DNA of 64,000 bases, from contig CAVYCN010000014.1 in the NCBI GenBank assembly GCA_963767005.1, forward strand, positions 1 through 64,000, given 5' to 3'. The position numbers were made by a program, and so were the translations under genes. The notes below the pieces were generated by a model. The model was not told the origin of the DNA. It worked only from the letters and a program-made list of their open reading frames with translations, and did not search any database. Origin of the DNA: an uncultured Actinomycetes bacterium. GTDB taxonomy: Bacteria > Actinomycetota > Thermoleophilia > UBA2241. Below are positions 9,169 to 18,629 of this stretch, piece after piece (the stretch's first letter is position 1; every line of letters begins with the position of its first letter).

Positions 9169-9648
9169 ATGGAAACGAGGCTGAGCGCGGTCGAGCTGTT
9201 CCTGCGCGGCGATGTCGCCGGGCTGATCGAGGCACTCGACGCCGACGAGCTCGACGATCCGCGCGCCAACGACGCGCGCGTCGCGCTGTCGCTGATCGGC
9301 GAGCCGGCCGTGCCGCCGCTGCTCGCCGAGATCGCGCGCCCGGCCGACCCCTGGAGCGTCGCGCTGCCCACCAGCTTCAAGTGCCAGCGCGCCCGCATCG
9401 CGCTGGCCGGCATGGGCGCGCCGGCGGTGCCCTACCTGCTCGACGCGATCCGCGCCGGCGACGCCGGCATCGCCGAGGGCGCCGCCCTGTGCCTCGAGAC
9501 GATCGAGGAGGGCGGCGTGGTGCTGATCGACCCCGAGGCGCCCACCGTGCCCGTCGCGGTCGACTACCCCGACGACGTGAGGGCGGCCTTCGAGCGCAAG
9601 CTCGGCCGCCCCCTTTTTGTGCGCAGTCTCTGGCGCGCGCGAGCCTGA
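9169..9648 (+). CDS. Hypothetical HEAT-repeat-like protein
   Basis: Two ALxxIGxPAVPxLL-type repeats; purine-rich RBS. Confidence 0.6.
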   Translation: METRLSAVELFLRGDVAGLIEALDADELDDPRANDARVALSLIGEPAVPPLLAEIARPADPWSVALPTSFKCQRARIALAGMGAPAVPYLLDAIRAGDAGIAEGAALCLETIEEGGVVLIDPEAPTVPVAVDYPDDVRAAFERKLGRPLFVRSLWRARA

Positions 9649-9729
9649 GGGCGCCCCGCCGCCACGCGACGGTCAGGTGTGGCGCCTGGCGGGGTAGAAG
9701 GCTCGAAAAGGGTCGTAGGGAGTATCATT

Positions 9730-11049
9730 ATGGTCCGTTCGAAGTCCTTCGTCCTTGCGAAGTCCCCCATGCGCTCGAAATCGCCCGTGCGCACGATGCT
9801 CATCGGCGCCGCGCTCGTCCTGCTGGTCGGCGCGTTTGCGGCTCCCGCGGCGCTGGCCGACACCACCTATCCCCTGAGCGGCTCCGTGCTCAGCTACGGC
9901 GGGTCGGGCGCGACCGGGGCCGGTGTCTCCTGGGGCTGGTTCAGCCCCTCCACGTTCCTCACCACCTGGAACGCCGGCGGCACGCAGACCGTGGGCGCCG
10001 GCGGCGCCTTCTCGCTGCCGGCGGTGAGCGCCCATCCCGGCAACGACGCGCTCTACGCCTACTACCACCCGGCCACGACCGGCCTCTGGCTGCTCGAAGC
10101 CTGGGAACTCGACTTCTCGACGCTCGGCAGTTACACGTTCCAGCCGGCCCACGTGCACGTCGCGATCGCCCACGCGCCCAAGGGGCAGAAGGCCGCCGAC
10201 GTCACGATCGGCGGCGTGGCCGGCCAGGCCCAGACGCTCATGGCGCTGCAGGCCGGCAGCGGTGCCGCCGGAGCCCTGCCGCCGGGCTTCAACGACGTCG
10301 TCGCCTGGTTCAGCGCGCGGGTCAAGGGGCAGTTCACGTCGGGGCCGGTCCGCGCCGTCGCCGAGTGGCTGAGCCCCGCCGACGCGACGGTTGACGTGCA
10401 GGCCGGCGTCACCGACCCGACCACCGTCTCGCTCGACTGGGACCAGGCGTTGCATGCCTATCTCGCCGGCCCGGCGGTGCGCCGCTCGGGACCTCCCGGC
10501 AGCGTCGTCAGGCTCAGGCTGAGCGGCTGGCCGACCGCTGCGGTGGCCGCCTTCTACGGCTTCTCGCTCTCGGGCGCGGGCGACGTCGTGCAGACCTTCA
10601 GCCAGCAGGTCCAGTCGGCCGGTCCCGGCACCGTCTACACGGTGCCGCTCACCATCCCCGCGACGGCCACGCCGGGTGAGATCTACGAGATCGGCACGTA
10701 CCGCGCCGACGACAGCTTCAGTCAGGTCCGCCTGTACGACTACTACCAGGTCGCCACGCTGAAAGCCTCGGCGGCGACCGTCGCCAGGGGCGGCAGCGTA
10801 CGCCTGAGCGGTCGGGTGCCGGGCTCCGGGTACGTCGAGCTCTTCGCGCGTCGCAGCGCCGCCTCGCAGCCGGCGACGCTGGCCGCCAAGGGCTGGACTG
10901 CGGTGGGCCGGTACCGCCTGCACGGCGGCGCCTTCAAGACCGGCGCGGTCAAGCTGAGTCACGCCAGCTGGTTCGTGGTCCGTTACCCCGGCCTGAAGGG
11001 CGAGTACTTCGCGGCCTTCACCGGCGTCGTGGGGGTCGGCGTGCGCTGA
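9730..11049 (+). CDS. Secreted hypothetical protein
   Basis: Signal peptide ending AALA; long ORF with GC-typical codon use; start uncertain (9730/9769/later). Confidence 0.7.
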   Translation: MVRSKSFVLAKSPMRSKSPVRTMLIGAALVLLVGAFAAPAALADTTYPLSGSVLSYGGSGATGAGVSWGWFSPSTFLTTWNAGGTQTVGAGGAFSLPAVSAHPGNDALYAYYHPATTGLWLLEAWELDFSTLGSYTFQPAHVHVAIAHAPKGQKAADVTIGGVAGQAQTLMALQAGSGAAGALPPGFNDVVAWFSARVKGQFTSGPVRAVAEWLSPADATVDVQAGVTDPTTVSLDWDQALHAYLAGPAVRRSGPPGSVVRLRLSGWPTAAVAAFYGFSLSGAGDVVQTFSQQVQSAGPGTVYTVPLTIPATATPGEIYEIGTYRADDSFSQVRLYDYYQVATLKASAATVARGGSVRLSGRVPGSGYVELFARRSAASQPATLAAKGWTAVGRYRLHGGAFKTGAVKLSHASWFVVRYPGLKGEYFAAFTGVVGVGVR

Positions 11050-11104
11050 CCCGCGGCGAGCCGAAGGTGGTTCGACAGGGCGCGGTCTGGGATACTACCG
11101 GCCT

Positions 11105-11533
11105 ATGAGTGATCGCCCCGGCAACGCCCTGCTCATCGCCTGCTCCGACGGCCGCGTCGCGCCCGCGCTCGACGACCTGCAGCGCCGCCTGCACATCGAG
11201 GGCGCCGACCGGCTGCTGCTGCCGGGCGGCCCGCTCGCCCTGACCAAGACCGGCGCCGAGCGCCGGGTGGTCAAGGACTCGGTCTCGGAGATCGTGCAGT
11301 TCCACGACATCCACCGCATGGTGCTGGTATCGCACCAGGACTGCTTCGCCTACGAGCGCGCCCTGGGCGGCCTGGGGTTCGACCAGCAGCGCATCCTCGA
11401 GCGCGACCTGCGCCGCGTGAAGGCCGACCTCGAGAGCGCATACATCGGCGTCGAGGTCGAGTGCTACGTCATCCCCTGGCGCGAGGAAGGCCCCGAGGGC
11501 GCCGGCTTCGGCCGCGCGGCGCTCGTGCTGTAG
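11105..11533 (+). CDS. Putative minimal beta-class carbonic anhydrase
   Basis: CSDGR and HQDC zinc-ligand motifs. Confidence 0.75.
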   Translation: MSDRPGNALLIACSDGRVAPALDDLQRRLHIEGADRLLLPGGPLALTKTGAERRVVKDSVSEIVQFHDIHRMVLVSHQDCFAYERALGGLGFDQQRILERDLRRVKADLESAYIGVEVECYVIPWREEGPEGAGFGRAALVL

Positions 11534-11604
11534 GCGCCGCGCCGCACCACAACTCGCCTCGCGGCCGTTGCCTGACTTGGCGACGCCCGCGGCTCCGCGC
11601 CGGG

Positions 11605-12864
11605 TCAGCTCCCGATCGTCTCCTTGCCCATGAAGGGCACGAGCACGGGCGGCACGGCGATCGTGCCGTCGGCGCGCTGGTAGTTCTCCATGATGGCGAT
11701 GATCGTGCGGCCCATGGCCATGGTCGTGCCGTTCAGGGTGTGCACGAAGCGCGGACCCTGCTCGGTGCGGTAGCGGCAGTTCAGGCGGCGCGCCTGGTAG
11801 TCGGTGCAGTTCGAGCAGCTCGTGACCTCGCGGTAGCGCTGCTGGCCGGGCAGCCAGGCCTCGCAGTCGTACTTCTTGGCAGCCGGCGCGCCCAGGTCGC
11901 CGGCGGCGATGTTGACCACGCGGTAGGGGATGCCGAGGCCCTGCAGGACCTCCTCTTCGACCGTGCGGATCAGCTCGTGCTCGTCGTGGGACTGCTCGGG
12001 CAGGCAGAAGCTGAACATCTCGAGCTTGTCGAACTGGTGCACCCGCAGGATGCCGCGCGTGTCTTTGCCGGCGGCGCCGGCCTCGCGCCGGAAGCAGGTC
12101 GAGAAGCCGGCGTAGCGCAGCGGCAGCCCCTCGGCCTCGAGGAACTCGTCCATGTGCAGGCCGGCGAGCGGCACCTCGCTCGTGCCCACCAGGCACTCGC
12201 CGTCGGTCGTGCGATAGATCTGCTGCTCGTCGGTGGGAAAGAAGCCGGTGCCGTACATGGCCTCCTCGCGCACCAGCACCGGTGGCAGCACCGGCCGGTA
12301 GCCGTGCGCCGTGACCACCTCGAAGCCGTAGCGCAGAAGGGCGAGCTCGAGCAGCACGAGGTCGCCCTTCAAGTAGGCGAAGCGCGAGCCGCTTACCTTG
12401 GCGGCGCGCTCGGTGTCGATCACGTCGAGAGCCACGCCGAGGTCGACGTGGTCCTTGGGCTCGAAGTCGAAGTCGGGGCGCTCGCCGACCTCGCGCAGCA
12501 CGACCGAGTCGTCTTCGCCGCCAGCGGGCACGTCGGGCAGGGGCACGTTGGGCAGGGCGAGCAGCAGCTCGCGCAGGCGCGCCTCGCTTGCGGCGAGCGC
12601 GCTCTCGCGCTCCTTGATGCGCTCGCCGAGCTCGCGCGTGGCGGCCATCGCGGCGCCGGCGTCCTCGCCGGCCTTTTTGCGGGCGCCGATCGCCTCGCTC
12701 GCCTGCTTGCGCTCGGAGCGCATCGACTCGACCTCGGTGGTCAGGCGGCGGCGCTCCTCTTCGACCGCGATGAACTCGTCGAGCGACGACGTCGGCTCAC
12801 CCCGGCGCCGCAGCGCCTCTCGTACGAGATCGGGGTTCGCGCGCACCATCTTCACGTCGAGCAT
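11605..12864 (-). CDS. serS: Serine--tRNA ligase
   Basis: MLDVKMVR start, GTSEV, FRREAG, RVHQFDK, SCSNC, HTLNGT. Confidence 0.98.
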   Translation of the reverse strand: MLDVKMVRANPDLVREALRRRGEPTSSLDEFIAVEEERRRLTTEVESMRSERKQASEAIGARKKAGEDAGAAMAATRELGERIKERESALAASEARLRELLLALPNVPLPDVPAGGEDDSVVLREVGERPDFDFEPKDHVDLGVALDVIDTERAAKVSGSRFAYLKGDLVLLELALLRYGFEVVTAHGYRPVLPPVLVREEAMYGTGFFPTDEQQIYRTTDGECLVGTSEVPLAGLHMDEFLEAEGLPLRYAGFSTCFRREAGAAGKDTRGILRVHQFDKLEMFSFCLPEQSHDEHELIRTVEEEVLQGLGIPYRVVNIAAGDLGAPAAKKYDCEAWLPGQQRYREVTSCSNCTDYQARRLNCRYRTEQGPRFVHTLNGTTMAMGRTIIAIMENYQRADGTIAVPPVLVPFMGKETIGS

Positions 12865-13000
12865 CGGGTCACCTTCCGTCGGTTGCGGCCCGCTCGGCCG
12901 TCCGCTTCGTATCGTACCCCGAGCGCGACGCGCGACGCGAGGCGCTGCACCTTCCGGTCGAGGGCGTCGCATCCGCGGCGCGAGTCATCCCCGGCCTCGG

Positions 13001-14293
13001 CTACACCCCCAGGAACTGGGCGGCCAGCAGGTAGACGTTCAGGGCGATGATGACGCCGGCGATCGCCCAGGCGACCAGGGTCGTCGGACGCCCGTTGACG
13101 TGCGCGCCCATGACCGCGCGGTCCGAGGTGAGCAGCACGAGCGGCACCAGGGCGAAGGGGATGCCGAACGAGAGCATGACCTGGCTCAGGACGAGGGCCT
13201 TCGTGGGGCCGACGCCGAGGGCCAGGAGCGTGAGCGAGGGCGCCATGGTCACGGCGCGGCGCAGGTGCAGCGGGATCTTCAGGTTGACGAAGCCGGCCAT
13301 CACGACCTGGCCGGCGTAGGTGCCGACGCTCGACGACGAGATGCCCGAGGCCAGCAGGGCCACGGCGAAGGCCAGGGCGGCGCCGCCGCCCACCATGCGG
13401 CCGAGCTCGAGGTGGGCCTGCTCGATGGTGGAGACCGTGTGGCCGCTGCCGAAGAAGAGCGTCGCGGCCATGGCGAGCATCGCCATGTTGATGAGGCCGG
13501 CCAGGCCGAGCGCGACCACGACGTCGAGGCGCTCGAAGCGCAGGATGCGGCTGCGTTCCCGCGCGCTGCGCGCCGGCACCCTGCCGTTGGTCAGCGCCGA
13601 GTGCAGGTAGATGGCGTGCGGCATGACGGTCGCGCCGATGATGCCGACGGCCAGCAGTATGGCGGCGCTGCCGCCGAGGTGGGGGACGAGGCCGGCGAGC
13701 GAGGCCCTGGCCGGCGGGCTGATGCGCAACGTCTCGTAGAGGAAGCCGAGCAGGATGATGCCGAGCAGGGCGGTGACGGCCAGCTCGAAGCGGCGAAAGC
13801 CGTGACGCTGCAGCTCGAGCACGCCGAACGCCACGACGCCGGTGAGCAGGCCGGCGGCCAGCAGGGGCACGCCGAAGAGCAGGTTCAGGCCGAGCGCCCC
13901 GCCCATGAACTCGGCCACGTCGGTGGCCATCGCCATCGCTTCGGCCTGCAGCCAGAGGACGACGGTGAGCCCGCGCGGGTAATGCTCGCGGGCGAGCTCG
14001 GGCAGGTCGCGGTCGGTGACGATGCCGAGCTTGGCCGACAGGTACTGCACCAGCATGGCCATGAGGTTGGCCATGAGCACGACCCAGAGCAGCAGAAAGC
14101 CGAACTGGGCGCCGCCCTGGACGTTGGTCGCGAAGTTGCCGGGATCGACGTAGGCGATGGCCGCGACGAACGCCGGTCCGAGCATGGCGAGGGTGGCACG
14201 CAGCCGGCCGCGGGCCAGTAGCCGCTCGAGCGGCGTGGCGACCGGGACGGCGTTGCCCTGCAGGGCGAGCGAGTCGGCTTCGGGCGGGGTCAT
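13001..14293 (-). CDS. mntH: Nramp Mn2+/Fe2+ transporter
   Basis: AYVDPGN and GATVMPHAIYLHS signatures. Confidence 0.95.
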   Translation of the reverse strand: MTPPEADSLALQGNAVPVATPLERLLARGRLRATLAMLGPAFVAAIAYVDPGNFATNVQGGAQFGFLLLWVVLMANLMAMLVQYLSAKLGIVTDRDLPELAREHYPRGLTVVLWLQAEAMAMATDVAEFMGGALGLNLLFGVPLLAAGLLTGVVAFGVLELQRHGFRRFELAVTALLGIILLGFLYETLRISPPARASLAGLVPHLGGSAAILLAVGIIGATVMPHAIYLHSALTNGRVPARSARERSRILRFERLDVVVALGLAGLINMAMLAMAATLFFGSGHTVSTIEQAHLELGRMVGGGAALAFAVALLASGISSSSVGTYAGQVVMAGFVNLKIPLHLRRAVTMAPSLTLLALGVGPTKALVLSQVMLSFGIPFALVPLVLLTSDRAVMGAHVNGRPTTLVAWAIAGVIIALNVYLLAAQFLGV

Positions 14294-14294
14294 C

Positions 14295-15095
14295 TCAACC
14301 GACCCGGACCTCGAGCGCGCGGGCGGCGAGCCGCCCGACGCTGCGCTCACGCCCGCCGAGCCTGACGCGCAGCGAGCCGCCAAAGGGCTCCGGTTCGAGC
14401 ATCTCGAGCTCGTCGCCGAGCGCGATGCCCTGGCGGTCGAGGTAGGCGAGCAGATCGGGCTCGGCGTCGAGCACGCGCACGACGCGGCCGCGGGCGCCGA
14501 CCGGCAGGTGCTCGAGCACCTGGGCACTGGTCTCGTCGATCTCGAGCCCGGCGGAGGGGATGGGGTCGCCGTGCGGGTCGCGGACGGGCTCGCCGAGCTT
14601 GTGGGCGATGCGCTCGAGCACGCGGTCGGAGACCGCGTGCTCGAGCGCATCCGCCTCGGCGTGGACCTCTTCCCAGCCCATGCCGAGCTCCTCCACGAGC
14701 AGGGTCTCCAGCAGCCGGTGGCGCCGCACCACGGCGAGCGCCCCGCGGCGCCCCGCCGGCGTGAGCCGCACGCCGCGGTAAGGCACGTGCTCGACGAGCC
14801 CCGCGTGCGCGAGGCGTGTCACCATGCCACTGGCGGACGCCGGCCTGACGCCGAGGTGGGCGGCCAGGGCGTTCACGGAGACCGCGCCGGCCGGCGGCGT
14901 GGAGACCGCGGCTGGCGACTGCGTGGAGACCGCGCCCGCCGACGGCGTGGAGACGGCGCCTGGCGGCTGCGCCTCGCCGGCGCGCAGCGCGTCGCGCGCT
15001 TGCACCCCGAGCCGGTAGATCGCCTTGAGATAGTCCTGGACGGCAGCCGTCGGTGGGGCCGCGGTCGGAGACGCTGCTGTCGGCGCGACGTTCAC
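14295..15095 (-). CDS. mntR: DtxR/MntR-family metal-dependent repressor with FeoA-like domain
   Basis: DYLKAIY, RRHRLLE, EADALEH, DPHGDPIP; upstream of mntH. Confidence 0.93.
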   Translation of the reverse strand: MNVAPTAASPTAAPPTAAVQDYLKAIYRLGVQARDALRAGEAQPPGAVSTPSAGAVSTQSPAAVSTPPAGAVSVNALAAHLGVRPASASGMVTRLAHAGLVEHVPYRGVRLTPAGRRGALAVVRRHRLLETLLVEELGMGWEEVHAEADALEHAVSDRVLERIAHKLGEPVRDPHGDPIPSAGLEIDETSAQVLEHLPVGARGRVVRVLDAEPDLLAYLDRQGIALGDELEMLEPEPFGGSLRVRLGGRERSVGRLAARALEVRVG

Positions 15096-15114
15096 GACGC
15101 TTTGGTGCCCCGAC

Positions 15115-15151
15115 TTAGGCGCGGCTAATCATGATTGTTAGGCAAACCTAA
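15115..15151. promoter_or_regulatory. Two tandem DtxR/MntR-type operator palindromes
   Basis: TTAGGCGCGGCTAA (15115-15128) and TTAGGCAAACCTAA (15138-15151) just upstream of mntR. Confidence 0.8.
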
Positions 15152-15155
15152 AGCG

Positions 15156-15202
15156 CTCACCTTTCACGCGAGCCGTTGCCTCACCTTTCACGCGAGCCGT
15201 TG
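15156..15202. repeat. 23-bp direct repeat x2 (24-bp period)
   Basis: CTCACCTTTCACGCGAGCCGTTG at 15156 and 15180. Confidence 0.9.
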
Positions 15203-15284
15203 TCTCGTACGGCCCGCCAGGTGAAGGCGATCGCTGCATGAGGGGCAGGTCTACGAGGTACCATGCAGACGACAATTCCGACCC

Positions 15285-16130
15285 ATGCCGCTCGTCGCCT
15301 ACATCACTATCGACATCGACCCGGTGCCGTTCCACGTCGGCCCAGTGCCGATCCACTGGTACGGGATCATCATGGCCGCAGCCGTGCTGGTCGGCGCCGC
15401 CGTCTTCGTGCGCCGACTGCCGCGGTACGGCATCGCGGCCGACCACGGCTGGGGCATGGCGCTGTTGGCCATCCCGCTCGCCGTCGTCGGGGCCCGTGTC
15501 TTTCACATCTTCGACGACCTCGGCTATTACTGGCACCATCCCGGGCAGCTCTGGACGGCGCAGCTCGTCGGTCTTGCCATCTACGGGGTGCTGACCGGGG
15601 GCGTGCTCGGCGTGCTGATCTACTGCCGCTGGAAGCGCCTGCCGTTCCTGCGGGTGCTCGACGCCCTGGCGCTCGCCGTTCCGGTCGGTCAGCTCGTCGG
15701 CAAGTGCGCCAACATCGTGAACGGCGACACCTGGGGGTACCCGACGCGGCTGCCATGGGGGTTCGTCTACCGAAACCCGCACGCCTTTCTGCCCGCCAAC
15801 CTGCTCGGCGTGCCCACGCAGCCCACCCCGGTCTACGAGCAGCTCTGGCTGCTCGTGGTGATCGGCGTGCTGATCTGGGCCATGCCGCGCCTGAAGACCG
15901 ACGGCACGGCCTTCCTGCTCTACCTCGGGCTCTACTCGCTGGGCCGCTTCTTCATCTCGTTCGAGCGGGTCAACAACATCCTCTTCCTGGACCTGCGCGA
16001 GGCGCAGCTCGTCGCCCTGGGCGTGCTGGTCGCGGTCGTGCCCGTGGCGTTTGCGCTGCGGCACCGGCAGGCGCGGCTGCAGTCGGCGCCGCCGGCGGGC
16101 GCCGACGCGCGGCAGCGCGAGGCTTCGTAG
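15285..16130 (+). CDS. lgt: Prolipoprotein diacylglyceryl transferase
   Basis: IHWYG, VGARVF, LAIYG, ANIVNGDTWG, QPTPVYE, GRF motifs (variant forms). Confidence 0.9.
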   Translation: MPLVAYITIDIDPVPFHVGPVPIHWYGIIMAAAVLVGAAVFVRRLPRYGIAADHGWGMALLAIPLAVVGARVFHIFDDLGYYWHHPGQLWTAQLVGLAIYGVLTGGVLGVLIYCRWKRLPFLRVLDALALAVPVGQLVGKCANIVNGDTWGYPTRLPWGFVYRNPHAFLPANLLGVPTQPTPVYEQLWLLVVIGVLIWAMPRLKTDGTAFLLYLGLYSLGRFFISFERVNNILFLDLREAQLVALGVLVAVVPVAFALRHRQARLQSAPPAGADARQREAS

Positions 16131-16262
16131 GGCCGCTGCGCCCGCCGCCGCGCGGGAGCGTGCGGCTCCCGTTCAGAGAACCGGCCCGCTGTTTCGTCAC
16201 CCAGGAGCGCGGAGCGTCGTCACCCTTCTGTGCGTGAGACCCCGCCTCGAACACACTGTGGA

Positions 16263-16300
16263 GTGCCATCATGCCAGCACGTTCTGCCATCATGATGGCA
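16263..16300. promoter_or_regulatory. Perfect 16-bp palindrome plus imperfect upstream copy, possible operator
   Basis: TGCCATCATGATGGCA (16285-16300); GTGCCATCATGCCAGCAC (16263-16280). Confidence 0.5.
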
Positions 16301-16547
16301 CCCAGCACACCCTTCACGGCGCGGCTCGTCCGGTTGGCGGGTGACGGTGCCGCCGCTCGACCTCCGGGAGGGCGGACGTCGTGCGGGGCGCCTGGGCGGA
16401 CGTTCTGTGCGGGGCGCCTGGGGGGACCTCGTGCGGGGCGCCTCGAGCGGTTGACGTCTCCTGCTCCTCGTACGACCCGACGCTGGCGTGCCGCCTGCAC
16501 CGCCCGCTACAATCCCGGCGGGGACGCAAACGAACAGGGGAGTCGGC

Positions 16548-17990
16548 ATGCGCGCAGGCAGGACCGGTGACAGCAGCGAGCGGCGGCGTCCACGGGCCGG
16601 CGAGCCTCGCCAGGCCGGGCCGCGTTCGCGGGCCGACGATCCTTCGCGGAGCGACGAGCGCCCGCAGGCCGGCGAGCAGTTGACCGCGCACCGGCGGCCG
16701 GCGGCTCCCACCATCATGGGGCTCGTCGTTTGCGCGCTCGCGGTGTGCGTGCTGGCCGGCGCGGTGCTGGCGGGTGCGGCGGCCTGGGCGGCCGCCTCGC
16801 CGAGCAGCTCGCCGTCTCTCGCGGCGGCGCCGACGTCTGCCGGCGGCGCGTCGCCGACCGGCGGCGCCTCGGCCGTCGGTGAACCTGCGCCGACCGAGTC
16901 GATCACCTGGTCGATCGCGCCGGCGACCGCCGTCTACGGCGCCACGGTCGCGGCGCAGGGCACGGTCACGCCCGCGGCGGCCGGCCAGACGGTCACGATC
17001 GCTCTCGACGGCACGACCGTCGCCACCGCGACGACCGCGGCAGACGGCTCCTTCAGCGCCTCGTTCACGGCGACTGCCGGCGGCAGCGTCACGGCGACCC
17101 TCGGCGACGGTACCGCCGGGACGCCCCAGACCCTGGCCGTGCAGCCTCAGGTCGCGGTGCTGAAGGTGGGCGCCACGAAGCCGTGGGGTCACACCACCCT
17201 GCAACTCACGGTGGCGCCCGCGACTTACAGCGGCGCCGTCACCGCCACCGTGTACCACCACGGCCGCAAGGTCGCGCGGGTGGTCGGGCACGTCGTCGCC
17301 GGCGAGATCGTGCTGAAGGTGCCGACCGCCGGCATCGGCGCCTTCGCCGTGCGTGTCACGGTGGCGGCGGCCGACGGCCTGTCGGCGCCGCCCGTCGTCA
17401 CCCGTACGCTGCACGTGGCCTGGCGCCGCGTGGCCGTCGGCACGAAGGGCACCTACGCCCACATCCTGCTGCAGCGCCTCGCCGCGCTGCGTTTTCGCGT
17501 GCCCGGCATCTCGTGGGCGATCTCGACGTCGGCCGGCGACTCGATCGTCGCCTTCCAGAAGGCCTACGGCCTGCCGCGCACCTACGTGTTCGACGGCGAC
17601 GACTGGCGCAAGCTCGACACGGCGAAGCTGATCAAGGTGCGTCACACGTCGCCGGCGACGCACATCGAGATCGACAAGACGCGCCAGATCCTCATGATCG
17701 TGAAGGCCGGCAAGCCGTACGGCATCATCCCGGTCTCGACCGGCGCGACGGGCAACACGCCGGTCGGCCGCTTTCACATCCTCTGGAAGGCGCCGTCGAC
17801 CACGACCTGGCTCGGCTCGGCGATCCTCTGGCGGACCATGGACTTCTACCGGGACTTCGCCATGCACGGCTACCCCGAGGTGCCGCCCTACCCGGCCAGC
17901 CACGGCTGCGTGCGCGAGCCGGTCTGGGTCGCCGACTGGACCTACCAGCACTCCTGGGTCGGCGAGACCGTCTACATCTACCTGTCGTAG
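16548..17990 (+). CDS. L,D-transpeptidase (YkuD) with peptidoglycan-binding and Ig-like domains
   Basis: IEIDKTRQ, VSTG, TPVGRF, AMHGY...SHGCVR; IVAFQKAYGL; TACAAT -10 at 16508. Confidence 0.9.
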   Translation: MRAGRTGDSSERRRPRAGEPRQAGPRSRADDPSRSDERPQAGEQLTAHRRPAAPTIMGLVVCALAVCVLAGAVLAGAAAWAAASPSSSPSLAAAPTSAGGASPTGGASAVGEPAPTESITWSIAPATAVYGATVAAQGTVTPAAAGQTVTIALDGTTVATATTAADGSFSASFTATAGGSVTATLGDGTAGTPQTLAVQPQVAVLKVGATKPWGHTTLQLTVAPATYSGAVTATVYHHGRKVARVVGHVVAGEIVLKVPTAGIGAFAVRVTVAAADGLSAPPVVTRTLHVAWRRVAVGTKGTYAHILLQRLAALRFRVPGISWAISTSAGDSIVAFQKAYGLPRTYVFDGDDWRKLDTAKLIKVRHTSPATHIEIDKTRQILMIVKAGKPYGIIPVSTGATGNTPVGRFHILWKAPSTTTWLGSAILWRTMDFYRDFAMHGYPEVPPYPASHGCVREPVWVADWTYQHSWVGETVYIYLS

Positions 17991-18011
17991 AGCGCCCGCC
18001 GGCGCGGCGGC

Positions 18012-18521
18012 CTACGCGGCCTTGCGTTCCGCCTGCGGGGGCGCCACCTCGGACAGATCGTGCGCCTGCCAGAGCGAGACCAGGGCACCCTCGGGCTGGT
18101 CGACGTCGTCGACGTCGACGCGCACCAGGCTGCCCTTGCCGCACACGACGGTGCCGCCGGTCAGCTTGCCGATCGTCTGGCTGAAGTCGGGCTCGTGGCC
18201 GACCAGCATGACGCGCGCCGCGTCGGCGTGGTCGCGCAGCACCTTGCGGAGCTGTTTTGGCCCGAAGCCGCTGCTGAGCCGGTCGTCGGTCTCGAGGCGC
18301 TCGAGGATCCCCAGGGCGCTCGCGGCGATCTGGGCGGTCTCGCGAGCGCGCAGGAACGGGCTCGTCAGGATGACGTCGGGTTCGAGCCCGAGCCGGGCGA
18401 GCGTCGCGGCCTCACGGACCATGGCCGCTCTGCCCTCGTCGGTCAGCGGCCGCAGGGCGTCGTCGTCCGTCCAGTCCGAACGCGGCACGCTGCGTCCGTG
18501 CCGCAGGAAATAGAGTTCCAT
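18012..18521 (-). CDS. sixA: Phosphohistidine phosphatase SixA-like
   Basis: LRHG, RPLT, TSPFLRARETA, LVGHEPD. Confidence 0.88.
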   Translation of the reverse strand: MELYFLRHGRSVPRSDWTDDDALRPLTDEGRAAMVREAATLARLGLEPDVILTSPFLRARETAQIAASALGILERLETDDRLSSGFGPKQLRKVLRDHADAARVMLVGHEPDFSQTIGKLTGGTVVCGKGSLVRVDVDDVDQPEGALVSLWQAHDLSEVAPPQAERKAA

Positions 18522-18629
18522 ACCGACCTCCGTTTGCGTTCGTCGCCTGGCCGACCGCACGGCTCGGCATTCCCGCCCGGGCGGCACGCCACGCCGTGCT
18601 GTCCTTCTCTGCGCCGCGGCGGCTCGCCG

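Noticed and set aside
16520-16532. c-di-GMP-I riboswitch (GGGACGCAAA)
   Set aside because: No upstream GGCAAAC/GAAA P1 stem and no P2; lies only a few nt after a -10 hexamer.
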